Positions 51,611-64,000 of a stretch of 64,000 nucleotides of DNA are shown here, one piece after another (within the stretch, counting starts at the first letter, position 1; every line of letters begins with the position of its first letter). A program made the translations under genes and the position numbers. The DNA comes from Ophelia neglecta (lineage: Eukaryota). The notes beneath the pieces were generated by a model that worked only from the letters and a program-made list of their open reading frames with translations, did no database searches and had not been told where the DNA came from. The stretch lies in NCBI GenBank assembly GCA_965285935.1, contig OZ260664.1, positions 76,322,001-76,386,000 on the forward strand. Reading direction: 5' to 3'.

Positions 51611-53510
51611 GGCAGTGGTTACGTTCGCGGACGTTCCACCGACGTAACATGCAGGTTATTTTCGCGGACCTACCGCTGATTTGGGCGGCAGGTTATTTTC
51701 GCGGACCTTCCGCTGAATTTTGCGATGTCAGCTGATAAGGGCGTTAGGTTTTTTTTCGCGGACTGATCTTGGGAGCAAGGTTATATCTGATATAATCTCG
51801 CGGAATCGACAACAGGTTATTCTAAACTGATTGATATTCATAGCGGCAAGGTATCCGAATCCCTTACGACATGTATTGAGTCGCGGCTATGTGTTTCGGT
51901 GCACTTAATAACCCCTTCTCCTCCTCCCTGCCCCATAAGCGTACACTTCTCCTAGTTGTACAGTTATGAGGAGGGACAGCATCAACTTAATTGGTACTTT
52001 CCAGTGTGTACCTGTGTACAGTCCCGAAATAGCAAATGGCGGCTGTTCCATATGCTGTGAGGTCACTCGCTGTCACACTAAACATAGGCCCAGTCATAGG
52101 CCTGCCGGCCTGCCGACCAGCAAAATAAAACCACGGAAAATGTTTTTCCTTGTAAGCTTATGTTAATCATTCTAAATATAGCCACGTAAAAATGAGCTTG
52201 CATATATATTTATGAAGATGAAATGTTTGTCCGTGAATCCTCCGCTGGAGAACGCCCGGTCAAAACACGTGCTCATAAAGCTTCATGAGAACGGCATACT
52301 GGAAAAGCTGATACGAAATACCAGATACGAGACGCAGATACGAGATGCGAGGTGTTTAAAACGTAGCCATATGGACTAGGTTAGGGTTAGGGTGAAGGGT
52401 TAAGTAAGTTATGATTTAGTTAGGTTGCTAGCTTAACCCTACCCCTAACCCTGTCATATAACCCAACTCTATCTTACTTTTTCGTATCTGTGTATCTCGT
52501 ATTTTCTTCGTATTTCGTATCAGGTTTTCCAGTATGCCCATGAGAACTCAGTTGTGGTGGTAAGATCAAAGGGTGAAACTGGAGCACATTGAAATGTATG
52601 GCACCATTGAAAGGCTGATCGCAGTTGATTCTAATGGATTTATCGAAATGGGGGGGGGGGAGGTAGGTTCAAGAACATTGAATGCCAATTTGTATTGATA
52701 CTAAAAAAGCAGAGAATCATTTGACGGGTAAGCCGTTGTGGATTATAGTAGCCTACTTAGACAAGGAAAATGATTTTGTTCGCACAGTTTTTGTTAAACA
52801 ACTTTACGATTGAAATCAATTTGTTGCAAGGATTGTTTTGTACAACGACGTCATTTGCGGCTCTACTTATATGAATCTAATATATTTGCGTTTTGCGCCA
52901 TTTCTTCCTTCCTCCGTGTATTGAATTTACGGCTTAATCATATGTTGTCATGGATGCATTGACGAAATGGCCAAGCATTCATTTCTTAATCATAAACTTC
53001 CACAGCACTTTGCCTTGTGTTTAGATGGGGAGATTAAACATGGAGTTGCTTTAAGTCATTTTTTCTTGGATATACATTCGCCCCCCGAGCTAATATAAAT
53101 AAATTCCACTGTTAAAAAAGTGGACTGCTTTTTATTGATCAAATAATTGCTGATCCCCAGCACATGCCTTGTTATCAAAAAGCTAACCAAATAGCTAGCT
53201 TACGCCTAAATCAGACCCCAGAGCCTACCTTCCTGCTTTTTAGCAAAGATATGATGTTATTGAGGGCAATGTATTTAACCTAATCAGTTCCGATCGTAAC
53301 GACCTACAACTAAAACGAGCCGGCGTGCTATGTGAAGTCCGCATAAATAGTGATAAATGGCTAAATCGGCGGTACCTCAAACACCAGGGTTCTTGGCAGA
53401 AACGAACAACAGTAGTCCGCTTATATAACCGGCGAGTTCCCCACGCGGAAGGTCCGCGAAAATAACCTGCATGTTACGTCGGCGGAACGTCCGCGAACGT
53501 AACCACTGCC
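51611..53510. mobile_element. 1.9-kb non-autonomous Mutator-like element
   Basis: ~60-bp TIRs ggcagtggttacgttcgcggacgttcc.ccgacgtaacatgcaggttattttcgcggacc. 9-bp TSD with one mismatch (ataatttta / ataattata). Subterminal ggttattttcgcggacc repeats. CpG-rich relative to its flanks. Confidence 0.85.
52293..52538. mobile_element. 246-bp MITE with telomere-like TTAGGG/CCCTAA repeats, nested in the 1.9-kb element
   Basis: TIRs ggcatactggaaaa.ctgatacgaaatac; exact 9-bp TSD catgagaac (52284-52292, 52539-52547). Internal ggttagggttagggtgaagggtta and taaccctacccctaaccct in opposite orientations. Confidence 0.85.
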
Positions 53511-56500
53511 ATAATTATATTAACATTTAAAAAAAAATTGTTTAATGCACACAAAGTTTGAGTTTAACATTTAAACTAAGCTTCTTATTTTTGGTCCAAT
53601 AAATTTGATGTGTCTGTTTAAGCCCACACTTAACCTGACCATTGCTCTAGCAATTAATGTAAAGTATGTAACATTATAGGCTAAAACTTGTTGTATTACC
53701 AGTACAGCAGTGATGTCACTGATCACATGCATTTTTATTGCAATACAAGTATTTCGTTTAGTAGAATTGGAATCTGAATAAAACAGAATACAATCCTAAT
53801 TGATAAACATATATGTACATACATTTTATCTGTTTATGCTAATTTATACTATTAGTATGGAAAGAATTACCTTATCCTCTATTAAGTTAATGTGGGATGA
53901 TGCAGGTGCTGGCTATAACTACATGTACACTGTATAACATCATTCATCTGTGCTTTGAGTTTGTTTCCTTGTAATGTTCTACAGTACAACCATACAATCT
54001 TCTTTTGGCTTTCCAAAAACCAGATCCTTGCATTGGTATTTTTTTCCAAAATGTTCCAAGACAAACAAAAGGTGAATTATGAATTGTGCTGTTGTATTTT
54101 CCTATCACAGCTGTAGTGACATATCTGCCAATGTCCCGAATTTTGTGGCAACACCTGTGATGTAGGCGTTTGTTTGAATGCTCCACCATAATTTGGAATG
54201 TGCTGCCTATGCATATAATGCACTGATGATCCGTATGTAGGCATTGTCTTCCCCATCCCATGTACATGTATTGTTATTCTTATGTTATAATTACCACTAC
54301 ACCCTCATGGATGAACAATAAATTTGTATGTCAGGGCTTTTGTGAAAAGATCAGTTACTGTGAGGTCCCACATAAAAGTTGTCATAAATATCTTGGACCT
54401 AAATTATTTGATTTCACTTGGCAGTAATAACTTCATCGTAGAGGTGCAAACATTGATTAAAGTTAAAGAATGAGTTTGGAATCAAGTAACACCAACAAAT
54501 GTTTACTTGGTGTACATATTTCTAAAAAGTATGAGGATGCACATCAAAAGTTAGATAAAACTGAGGAGAGACAATCTCGTCATTATTGTCTCAAGTATCA
54601 ACTGTCCAGGATTATAATGATGACAGTCTTGGCCTTTCCTAGGTAGGTTTTCTTGTATTACAGTATGTTCACCATATTAATAGCATGACATATCCTTGAC
54701 TGTGATGCAGGGGATTTATCTGTCAAACTGTTTTAATGTTCAATCACACCTTAGACTTGACCATGTATAATGGGGGATTTATGTCACAATCTGTACTAGA
54801 ATTCTTAAGTCATGTATGTCTGATTTTTAGTGTGAATGATACTTAAAAAGCATGTACAGGATAGGGGTAATACTACCTTAGGTAAGAAAAGGAGTGCACT
54901 AGAAAGCAAAGTTACAATGGTATTGTGATTATTTCATATTACTGCATTAATACTGATTTGAATTGTGGAAAAGTAAAAATTGTGCTGTTTTTAGAGAATC
55001 CTAGTTTTAGGATCACATGTTTGCATGGGGTGGCAAAGCCACAATATGACATGAACCTAAAGCGATTCATTTTTCATGCATTGGCAAAAAATTAAAATAA
55101 TAAATATGTATGAAACAGCAGATTTCAGACGGGGTATAAGGGGGTGGAGAAAAATTCAGATTTCTGGCAAGATAAAAGGGTGTAGAGTATAATAGAAGTA
55201 GAGCTGAAGACTAGGACAAATTGGAGTGCCAGCTACCATAAAATCAATTTGGTTTGGTTAAATGTAAACCTGGTCAAGAGCAGGTGAATTTGATTTCCAT
55301 TCACTTATTATTTCATTGGTGTCCTTTCACTATGCACGCCTACATATTATAATAATATGGTGTGTAATCATCTGACCAACAGTAGTTCAGTACACAGAGT
55401 GCCTGCATATAAAGTGTATATACCACATGTAGACATGTGCATCTATGTCATGAATAAATTGACCTGTTGTTTATGACACTAGTAAATTCTTATGGATACC
55501 CTCATAACCATACTCATGACAATCTCAGAGTGGGGATTGGTTCATGAATCTTCAGTAATCAATACTAATCATGGTAGTAAAAGCTCCGGCACTTTCCCGA
55601 AAATGATTGGAAGTGAAAGTAATCATTTGATTCTTAGTGATAGTTGTCAATGTAGAAAACAGACCATTAGGGAAAGTTGTCAATGTGGAAAACAAACATT
55701 TTATAACATATGACTGTGTGAGAACCACCAGCACTTCCAAAAGCTTCATCATTAAAACCCATGGCAGAATTACTCTAGAATCCTGATTTCATTAGTTGTC
55801 AGTTGATTCCACCCATAGAAGCACAATTACTTTTTTTACGGTAATGGTGTATTTGTTTATGCCGGCAACGAATGCTTCATTTAACGAGTAATACATTTTT
55901 TCTTTAAAAAGGTTGACATCAGGATTTTGTATTTTTTTTTAAATGTTAAAATGGATTTAGTCAGAGACACATGCATTGTAGCCTTTTTTGAAATAGTATG
56001 TTAAAACAATGTACATGTATGTCATGCTCATAGAGGAATGTTTTGGGTATTGAATGAACCCTTACACACCCTTTCTCCCTGGGTGATGTTAAAAATTTCC
56101 CATCATTCTCAAGTTTTCTTAAACTTAAGAATAATTTCGGTGAAAAATATTATCTGAGATAGGCCCATACTACTTGATATCAGTGGTTGGGGAAGGAGGG
56201 GTGGCATGCAAGTCCACAGACCTAGTGTATTGGTAAACTGGCCATCTAAAACAACATACTGTAGGCAACAGTCCATGGCATTTTTCACAGCAAGGAGGAC
56301 CGGAAAGAATGAGAAGTACAAGAATATTAAAAAATGAATAGCATTGGCTTAATTATATAGTTTTTTAATAAAGGCTAGGGAAATGCAATGTTTATTCTGG
56401 AAAAATCACATGATGCATGCAGCTTGCCCAATGAAAGTACACACAGAGACAATTGCAGACGGTTGAAGTACATGGCCAAATGGCAAATTAATATTGTTAA

Positions 56501-59500
56501 GTACTCCTAAATGGATTTGGACATCGTCATGTTCTTTGATTTTGTTGTCAGAAATTGTCCTGTTGTCAGTACAGACAACAGGAGGACAAGATCTACAAAG
56601 AGTTTCCCTGTAGATTCCTTTTCCATACAGTAGTTGCAAAACTTGGCAAGGGTCCATCTACAGGGCACCTTGCCATGACCTACATGTAAGTACAGGGTTA
56701 TGTAGCTAGTGCGTAAACACCGTCTAACGTCAGAAGTTCCTCTTTGAAGACAGCAACAACATTAGAATCTTTGAGGTGTAAAGTCTCTGCTTGTTATCAC
56801 ACAATCAACTCACTACAGCTTGAAAATTGAAAAATAGTTTTGACTGTACACACTGGATATTAGATAAGAACTACTTCACCTGACTTTCCACTGAGGTAAT
56901 TAAACCGCTTGTTTGTTTGTGTTGGTGAGTACTGCATGTACCATTCATAAGTGACTACCTGACGTAGTGAAGAAGCTGGGAATGCCTAGTTTAAGTATAA
57001 CATGGCAAAGCATGTCATGAAAGAATGGAACTTTTAATCATGTAATGAGTAATTAATTTCTTTTTTCACTATGAAATTGTCATAATCAATTGCATAAAAC
57101 AGCAATGAATACCAATCACACATGAGTTGCATATGAAGAAAATCCTTATCATAATAATAGTTAATTAAGTACAGTGCCAGGATTTAATGTAACCAGGAGT
57201 TGACTATGACATTTTTAGAGGATCCCAAATATATTACTGTGTAAATCAGGAGGTACCACTTAGGAGTGGGGCTGGGGGTGTCATTTACCTCTTCTTATGA
57301 CCAAAGAAAATGCCCACTGCATTCATTGGTGAGATTGACTATCATCGTCACCTTTTAGGCCACAGCAAAAACCATTATTTACATGACACATTTTTCAAAA
57401 CATGGATCATTTAATTTTATACTTCTATGTTAATCTTGAGACATGAAGATCATTTTGGTAGGCCTTTATGATCCATGTTTATAGGCCTATGCTCTTCTCT
57501 CCTAACATTTGTTTGTAGGTTTGACATTTGGAAGTTTGCCAGGCTTGTTTAATAATAAAGATAATAAAAAAGGTTATTGCCCCTTGAAAAAAACAGAGAA
57601 AGTGCAAAAAAAAATACCAACAGTAATGAAATCACATCCCCTCCCTCAGTAACCTGTAATATGGTCATGATATACAAAATGAGTCACCTAAATATCATGT
57701 GACAAGAGAGCTGGATGCCTACTTACATATACACTTATACACTCTCATTGTTTATATAGATAAATAACCTTAAAAATCCAACTGAACTAAGGTTTATAGA
57801 CAAAACCAGCTTTATCATTTTATAACCAAAACAATTTTAAGTTCTATTAATATGTAAAAGTACAACACTTATGCCCTTTCATCCCTTACAGATGATTCAG
57901 CACCAAGACTCCTTTTTATTTAATGGAATTTTGCAAGATTAAAGTTTCTTTTCTGGGTACATGCAACTTTGTGAATATCTGATAGGGTAAGAGTGAACAG
58001 ATAAAGTCAGTGAAAACATTTTGACAAAAACAGAAAGCAAAACGTAATGATGATATAGCTGACATTAAAGATTGGTTGGCAACACCCTTTATTTCTTAAC
58101 AATAATGAATGTGAGGGCACAAAAAGCTATAATAAAAAGTTTACAATGTTGAGTGTTTGAGAAGCTTTTTTGCTTTCAAATAATGCCCATTCTTAGTGAA
58201 ATCTTGCCTTTCATATAAGAAATATCTGTTTTATGTTTAGGGGGTCTTTTTTTGACCCTGTACACAGGGCAGAGGTGAACAAAGCCTTAATGTAGCTACC
58301 TGTAGCTGGTCTTGGAGATTACAACTTAAAACGCATTGAAATACAGTGGAGTGTGACCCTGTGGTTGCCATGGCCCAGGTCACTTTATGACCAATGCATT
58401 ATCCACATAGAACCTGACGTTTTTAAAGTGTGTCGCCTTGTGTTTACTAGCTTTTTAACATGAGGAAGAGACCATTTCTATGTACAGGTACAATACCTGT
58501 ATATTTGTAATGGGTGTGATGTTTTTCCTTGCCAAGCTTTGAATACAGTTTCATGTACAGTACATGTACATTACAGTAGCCACTTTCTTGTATAATAATT
58601 CTTAAATTTAGCCAATTATTTGAATATAATAAAAGCAAGTCTTACAAGAATAAGGCAGAAAAATTTATAGAATTGTATTTATTTGTACCTGTACATGTTT
58701 GTGCTTATAGAAGTGTATTTATTTGTAAATATACATGTTTGTGCTGGATAGAATAGACAATATTCTATAAGTATTAGAATGATGAAGTTGCTGGCCTGGT
58801 AGTATTCAACCCTTTAGGCCCAGCAGGCCTGTACACATTTTGGTAGCACATTTTTATGCCAAAATTTCAGGGGCCTGCGGATTTTGGAAATTACCAGCCC
58901 TGGTCCAATAGAAATATTGTCTTACTACTTTCCTGTACAAGTACATGTACGTATAACTAACACTCACTTGATTCTTTCTGTACAGTTTGACCACATGTCT
59001 CATCACCTAATACAAACCTTTGTTGTGAAAATAGCTTTGTTCAAAGTGAGAGAATTTCACATTCCAAGTTGAATATTTTATTATCTAGGCTTTAGCGAAT
59101 TCAGTTCTATCCTGTTAATCTTGCCAGTTGGCCAGTAGCTTAGGTAGCCAATACAACAGTTGTGTACAGGCAAATCTTTCTGCTTATGACTTTGGTGAAT
59201 TGCCATATACTGTAAACCTGTTGTATTGTGCTTAATCCAGTTGCCAACGCTCAAATCTACGCAGTAATTCAGAGCTCTAGCCTGTACTATGCCAAATGTG
59301 TCACAGATCTATAGTTATTAATGTGTGGAATAAGTCAGAGCTGTAATCAAGCTTATATAATAGATATTTCCTACATTCACTCACAATTATAGACATACAG
59401 TTCATGAACAAGGTCACTACGAGGGTTATAGCTAATCTCAGTTCTATGATTTCAGAATAATAGTATGATCCAAATCCAAAATCACTCCCTGCATGGGTTT

Positions 59501-61141
59501 TCTCCTAAAATGCTTATAGAGGCATAGGGACAATATAATAGTTCAATATAATGTCTAAACCACATTGTGGAATAACACGGGCAGAGGGGGGGGGGAGGGT
59601 TGAGGGGGAGGGGGAGGGGGAGGAAGCAGCAAACCCTATAAGTCATTCATTATGACAGCTATTTCAATGGGAATATCTTAAATTATTAACATTGCTTTCT
59701 GTTAAATTTAACACATAAAATGTAATCTTGTATTGCCAGTCAAAATGAGTGCACTTTGAGTCACATGCTTCTATAGTGCAGGCTGCAATACTTATTTGTG
59801 AAATAATAGTATTTAAATTTGAGTTCCAGATTTTGAATGTGCATAGATCAAATTCTTAAGAAAATATTTCCGCCGGTTTTTTCAATATAAATTTCACATG
59901 GTTTAATGGGTTGACCCGGAATTACTGAACAACCTAATGAAACAATAAAATTTGTATTAATTAAGGCATTAGATAAAGTTGGCCTACCAGTACATGTTTA
60001 CATGGTTGCTTAGGTTTACAGACCGTCAACCTCTAAAGAATATTAATCCGATAATTGTTTTTAAATCTCCCAGGGCTGGCTGATTCCAAATATATAAATT
60101 AATCCAGCTATTGTGAGTCTTAAGATACCCTACAATCACACTTAAGTTTTAGATTAGGACTTACCTTAGTTATGAAAATTATAATCAGCAACTGCCTGAG
60201 CTGAGGTCAATTGGTTAAAACCTCATTTAAGTCACGAGCCACATAGCAACCACCCAGTAACAAAACCATAGAACACCTACCACAGGCAATAGGTAAGTTT
60301 TCATGAGAAGATCTCTTGTCAATGAATTAAGACAGTATGGCCGTGCCTACTTGTATATGAATGAACATAGGTGCTGTTTTTGCCTGTATCTGATGTAGGT
60401 TGCCTCATCAAAGTGCCCTTGATAAGTATGAACTACATTTATATGTATGTCACATTTGGCAGATTGTTAGGAGATAATTATCTCATCTCTTGGCTTAAAG
60501 GCATTTTCTAGTAAAATAATGCCATTGGTTAATGAGGTAAATAAAAAAAATTGACCATATGTAAAAAGTATAATTTTATTAGTTGCACATTAGCTAGACA
60601 AGCATCTAAGTGAAATTTAATACATTTAATCAAGTGCAATGTCACTTGGGCAAATAACAACTCGCTGACCTAGACCCCACGTGACCTCACTAAAAGTGAA
60701 TTATATTTTGTAATTTTGTAGAGGAGATCACTCAGGGAAAATGATTGATGTCTTCATTTAGTCCATTGCTGCTTGTTACTGAGTGAGGGGAGTAAAGTGG
60801 TTGGTGACACTCTGTTGTAGGACATGGGGGGGGGGGGGGGGGGGGGAGAGAGAGGCTGTTTTTTATACCAGTAAAGACCACCTATATCTTGCCTTATTGA
60901 GGTTGAATCTGATAAGATCAATGAGGGAGTACTTTTCCTAGTTCACCTAGATATGACCACCTACCTACCGACCACCTACCTACCAGGCTAGTGTCTTGTG
61001 TGATGTAGGTCTGATCTGATAAGATCAGTGAAGGAGTACAACTTATCATCAAGAGATTAGGATCATTCTTGATCAGATATAAATCTATTTATCATCTCTA
61101 TCACCAGACTTATCTGACAGATCTAAGTGTTCCTCCACATG

Positions 61142-61294
61142 TATAAAAGCAGAATCATCTAACCTATCATTATTTCATTTCTTCACTTTCACCAGGACTT
61201 GTCTATCATAGCTTAGACAAATTTTGACTTTGTTGTTGTATCTGCATCTTACAGTATATTATTTCTTAAAAGCAACCATGGGCTGGAGAGTAAG
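61142..61294 (+). promoter_or_regulatory. Putative alternative TATA promoter and first exon of CPT1 with an in-frame upstream ATG
   Basis: TATAAAA at 61142-61148; aaccATGg at 61278; donor AG|gtaata after 61294. Splicing to the 61927 acceptor is in frame. Confidence 0.45.
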
Positions 61295-61933
61295 GTAATA
61301 TTTGTGATTTCTTTTTGTTCAAAATGTTCTGTTGTAAAAATCCACATGAATTTTTAAGAAAAGAATCCATAATAGTTCATCAAGTTAAACAATGCTTAGT
61401 ATCTCAAGGTATGGTAAGACTTTAAATTTTGCTGCATGTTATATCCTGTTTTTGCAATTTCAGAGCTTCACACACCACTTGCAATTGCAATTTCATATTA
61501 AATTCATGAGAAATTAGTCAAGTTAACTGGCTTGTGCCTATAAATGTACATGTGACATGAAATTCACATGGATGTCTCTACAGTTTGGCCAACTAATGAT
61601 TGTGTGCCTATTATGCCACTAGCTTCTACAAAGACATAGAAAAAAGTAATATTTTATAAAACATGCCAAAATTAAACAGCATACATGATGCTACAGTTGC
61701 TGTGAGTCTTGTCTCAAATAATAAGAAATTAAATTTGACATATGTGTACAGTGAACATGGTCATGGCCCTTACATAACACAAGGAATTAACATTTCTGGT
61801 TATACTTGCAGCATATGTACTTAGGTGGTGAGAAAGAGCGGGCAACTAAAATCTTATATTTTTTCTAGGTAAATATCAACAATACAATTTATAAATCAAA
61901 TATTAATGTTTTTTTGTTTCTTTCAGAATCAGA

Positions 61934-63359
61934 ATGGCTGAGGCCCACGCCGCCGTGGCATTCTCCTTCACAGTGTGTCCAGAAGGGGGGATAGAAGTCA
62001 ACGTTAACCACGAGGCTCTGAGAGCCGTTTGGAGGAGTGGCCTGCGCTCGTGGAAAAAGAGGCTGGGGCGCATGAAGGTTGGTCAATTAACCTAACAACA
62101 TCAATAATTTAAATTTGTGGTACAATGGAGCGAGCAGTTCATTGTTTACTACATGTTTTTCGTGCATCAGGTTTCAATAAACTAATAAAATGAGGTTTAT
62201 AGGGCAACAAATAATTATTACTTTTTGGCAGTTCGGTTATAACAACATTTAACAATAATCTTTGTGATACAATAATTTTTATGATTGGGTTACAATAATT
62301 GGATTGTACCTGTAATGTGAATGACGATCAAAAATCTCTGACTGAGGACCCACAGTGAAGCTGTATTATTTAGCATTGCCACACGCATGTTGAAGAACTC
62401 TCAATACAGACCTGCGTACAATGTATGCCTATTGCCTGGGTGGTATGTTGACATTTTATTTCAAGCAGAAACTGAACTTTGTGGAGAACTTCGAGTGAAG
62501 TACACTTAAGCAGGATTTTGTTTTGAGTAGTAAAGGCGACACTACACAAAAGTTACCTTTGTCCATACATACCTTCATATATATAATATGACAGAGGACA
62601 GTTTTGTACTGACTGAGTATTTATGATAACTCTAGTTTATTGCAATATTAATCTACATCTACTTCTCAACAATAGATTGAGCAAACATGACTTTAGATTG
62701 CATATTGTCAAATTACAGAAAATTACCTCAATAATTTTTGGGTTGCTTTTAAATGAAAAAGAATGATGATTCCATTGATTTCCATTCAGTGCTATTTTAA
62801 TGCTCTAGGTAACTAAGTTCACAAGTATGAAATATTAGAAGATTGAATTCCATGCAATAATCCGGCAATTGAACCGACCATTTTGGGGTTGGGGATATAG
62901 CACAATGACAATGATAGAGTTGCTTGGATCATAAAGCTAGTTGATTGTACCGCAGGGGTTGTGGGTTTGAGTCTCAGCCATCTCAACAAACACCTTTCAA
63001 TTATATAAAAAATAATTTTAAGTTCATAAAAATGTTTTATATCACGGTATAAACAACAAAAAATTTCAAACAGTATTTTCCAATGTCAGAATGACTTATA
63101 CTTATCCATTCTCAAATTGGGCATTTGATTTCTTTCTCTGTTATATGTTAGCCAAGGTGTTGATTATTTTCATAGCCTCTTACCAGTCTTTATTATAAAA
63201 ATGTATATTGTGTTTGTTACAGAACAATTTCAAGAATGGACTTTACCCTGCCAAACCAATCAGTTGGCTGTTCACCGTAAGTCTGATACTAGGCCTGCAG
63301 CTTGTCAATGTGGACCCCTCCATGGGAATGATAGAAAAACTAGAAAACCACTTTCCAGG
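61934..63359 (+). CDS. CPT1: Carnitine O-palmitoyltransferase 1, first two coding exons (3'-partial)
   Basis: 61934-62077 MAEAHAAVAFSFTVCPEGGIEVNVNHEALRAVWRSGLRSWKKRLGRMK; 63223-63359 NNFKNGLYPAKPISWLFTVSLILGLQLVNVDPSMGMIEKLENHFP. Matches the CPT1 N-terminus (MAEAHQAVAFQF...SWKK...NG.YPA.P.SWL...DPS.G); canonical splice sites. Confidence 0.95.
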
Positions 63360-64000
63360 GTAAGAACTGCGTTCTCATCTGATGTATGTTGTAAATGTGT
63401 GACTCTAGGCCGAACTTCGGCCGCTGAAGATATTTCACCAACATTAAACATTTGCATAGTGCAAGGTTAAAAGGTTTATGCTTAATTTTAAGATTGTAAG
63501 ATTGCTTAAAGCGGTTTGAAAGGACAACAATATTTGTGCATGATTAATGACAAGGAAAGTACATTTCAGTACTTGAGCAAGTTATTTGTCAGCTGAATTG
63601 TGTGGTGGACGATTGAGATTGACAGGCAGACTTTTGTTATGACTCATTTGCACCCAAATGGTTAACTCTCCAATCCTGATAAGCTGCATACCTTGGACTA
63701 GGCACAGGTGTATATCCTTGTTCAAGTGCAAAGCAATTGTGTATGCAAATTTACTTAGTGACTGGTGGAGAACTTTGATACTTGAAATCAGCTGGTTGAA
63801 GGCATGTCAGTGTGACCTATCAAGGTTATATGTCTGTGTGTATTTGTGTCGAATGTGACATTACATTTGGACAACAGATATCTGATCTGATATAATGGCA
63901 CAGCAGGTTATGTATATCAGCTGTACAAATTCAGAGAGATATACATGCATTGTGTATACTTAAGTTACAAAGGCACCTCAATAAAAACAGGGGCATTAAC

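Noticed and set aside
59586-59623. G-run tract with G-quadruplex potential (similar tracts at ~14181, ~14420, ~60826)
   Set aside because: Homopolymer G/C runs are frequent throughout the window, with no evidence of specific function.
62925-62985. B-box-like ggtttgagtctc suggesting a tRNA
   Set aside because: No cloverleaf; at most a decayed tRNA-derived SINE.

Overview
AT-rich, intron-containing animal genomic DNA, probably from a marine invertebrate; the lophotrochozoan-like assignment is my inference. I assembled the spliced gene models by hand, and exon phases are consistent throughout. In order: (1) a GH35 beta-galactosidase-1-like gene (minus strand, 3' end runs off the window start); (2) a two-Ig-domain type I membrane receptor with a proline-rich tail (plus); (3) a 4-exon MIEN1/SelW (Rdx-family) selenoprotein gene (minus) that the ORF track misses. 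Its redox motif is encoded TGA-TAT-CTA-TGA (U-Y-L-U), it ends in a CaaX box (CLIL), and its 3'UTR has a well-formed type II SECIS; (4) a decayed intronless TRPV-like channel pseudogene (minus); (5) a 4-exon secreted protein resembling an IL-6/LIF/OSM-type long-chain four-helix cytokine, with a GC-AG intron and a TATA/STAT/kB-like promoter (minus); (6) a RAB3IP/Sec2-type Rab GEF (minus); (7) the start of CPT1 (plus, runs off the window end). Several non-autonomous DNA transposons have clear TIRs and TSDs, including a Mutator-like element carrying Ulp1-protease and PHD remnants. The top candidates for undescribed biology are the putative two-Sec (UxxU), prenylated Rdx selenoprotein and the invertebrate IL-6-like cytokine. 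Homology calls come from remembered family motifs; no searches were run.
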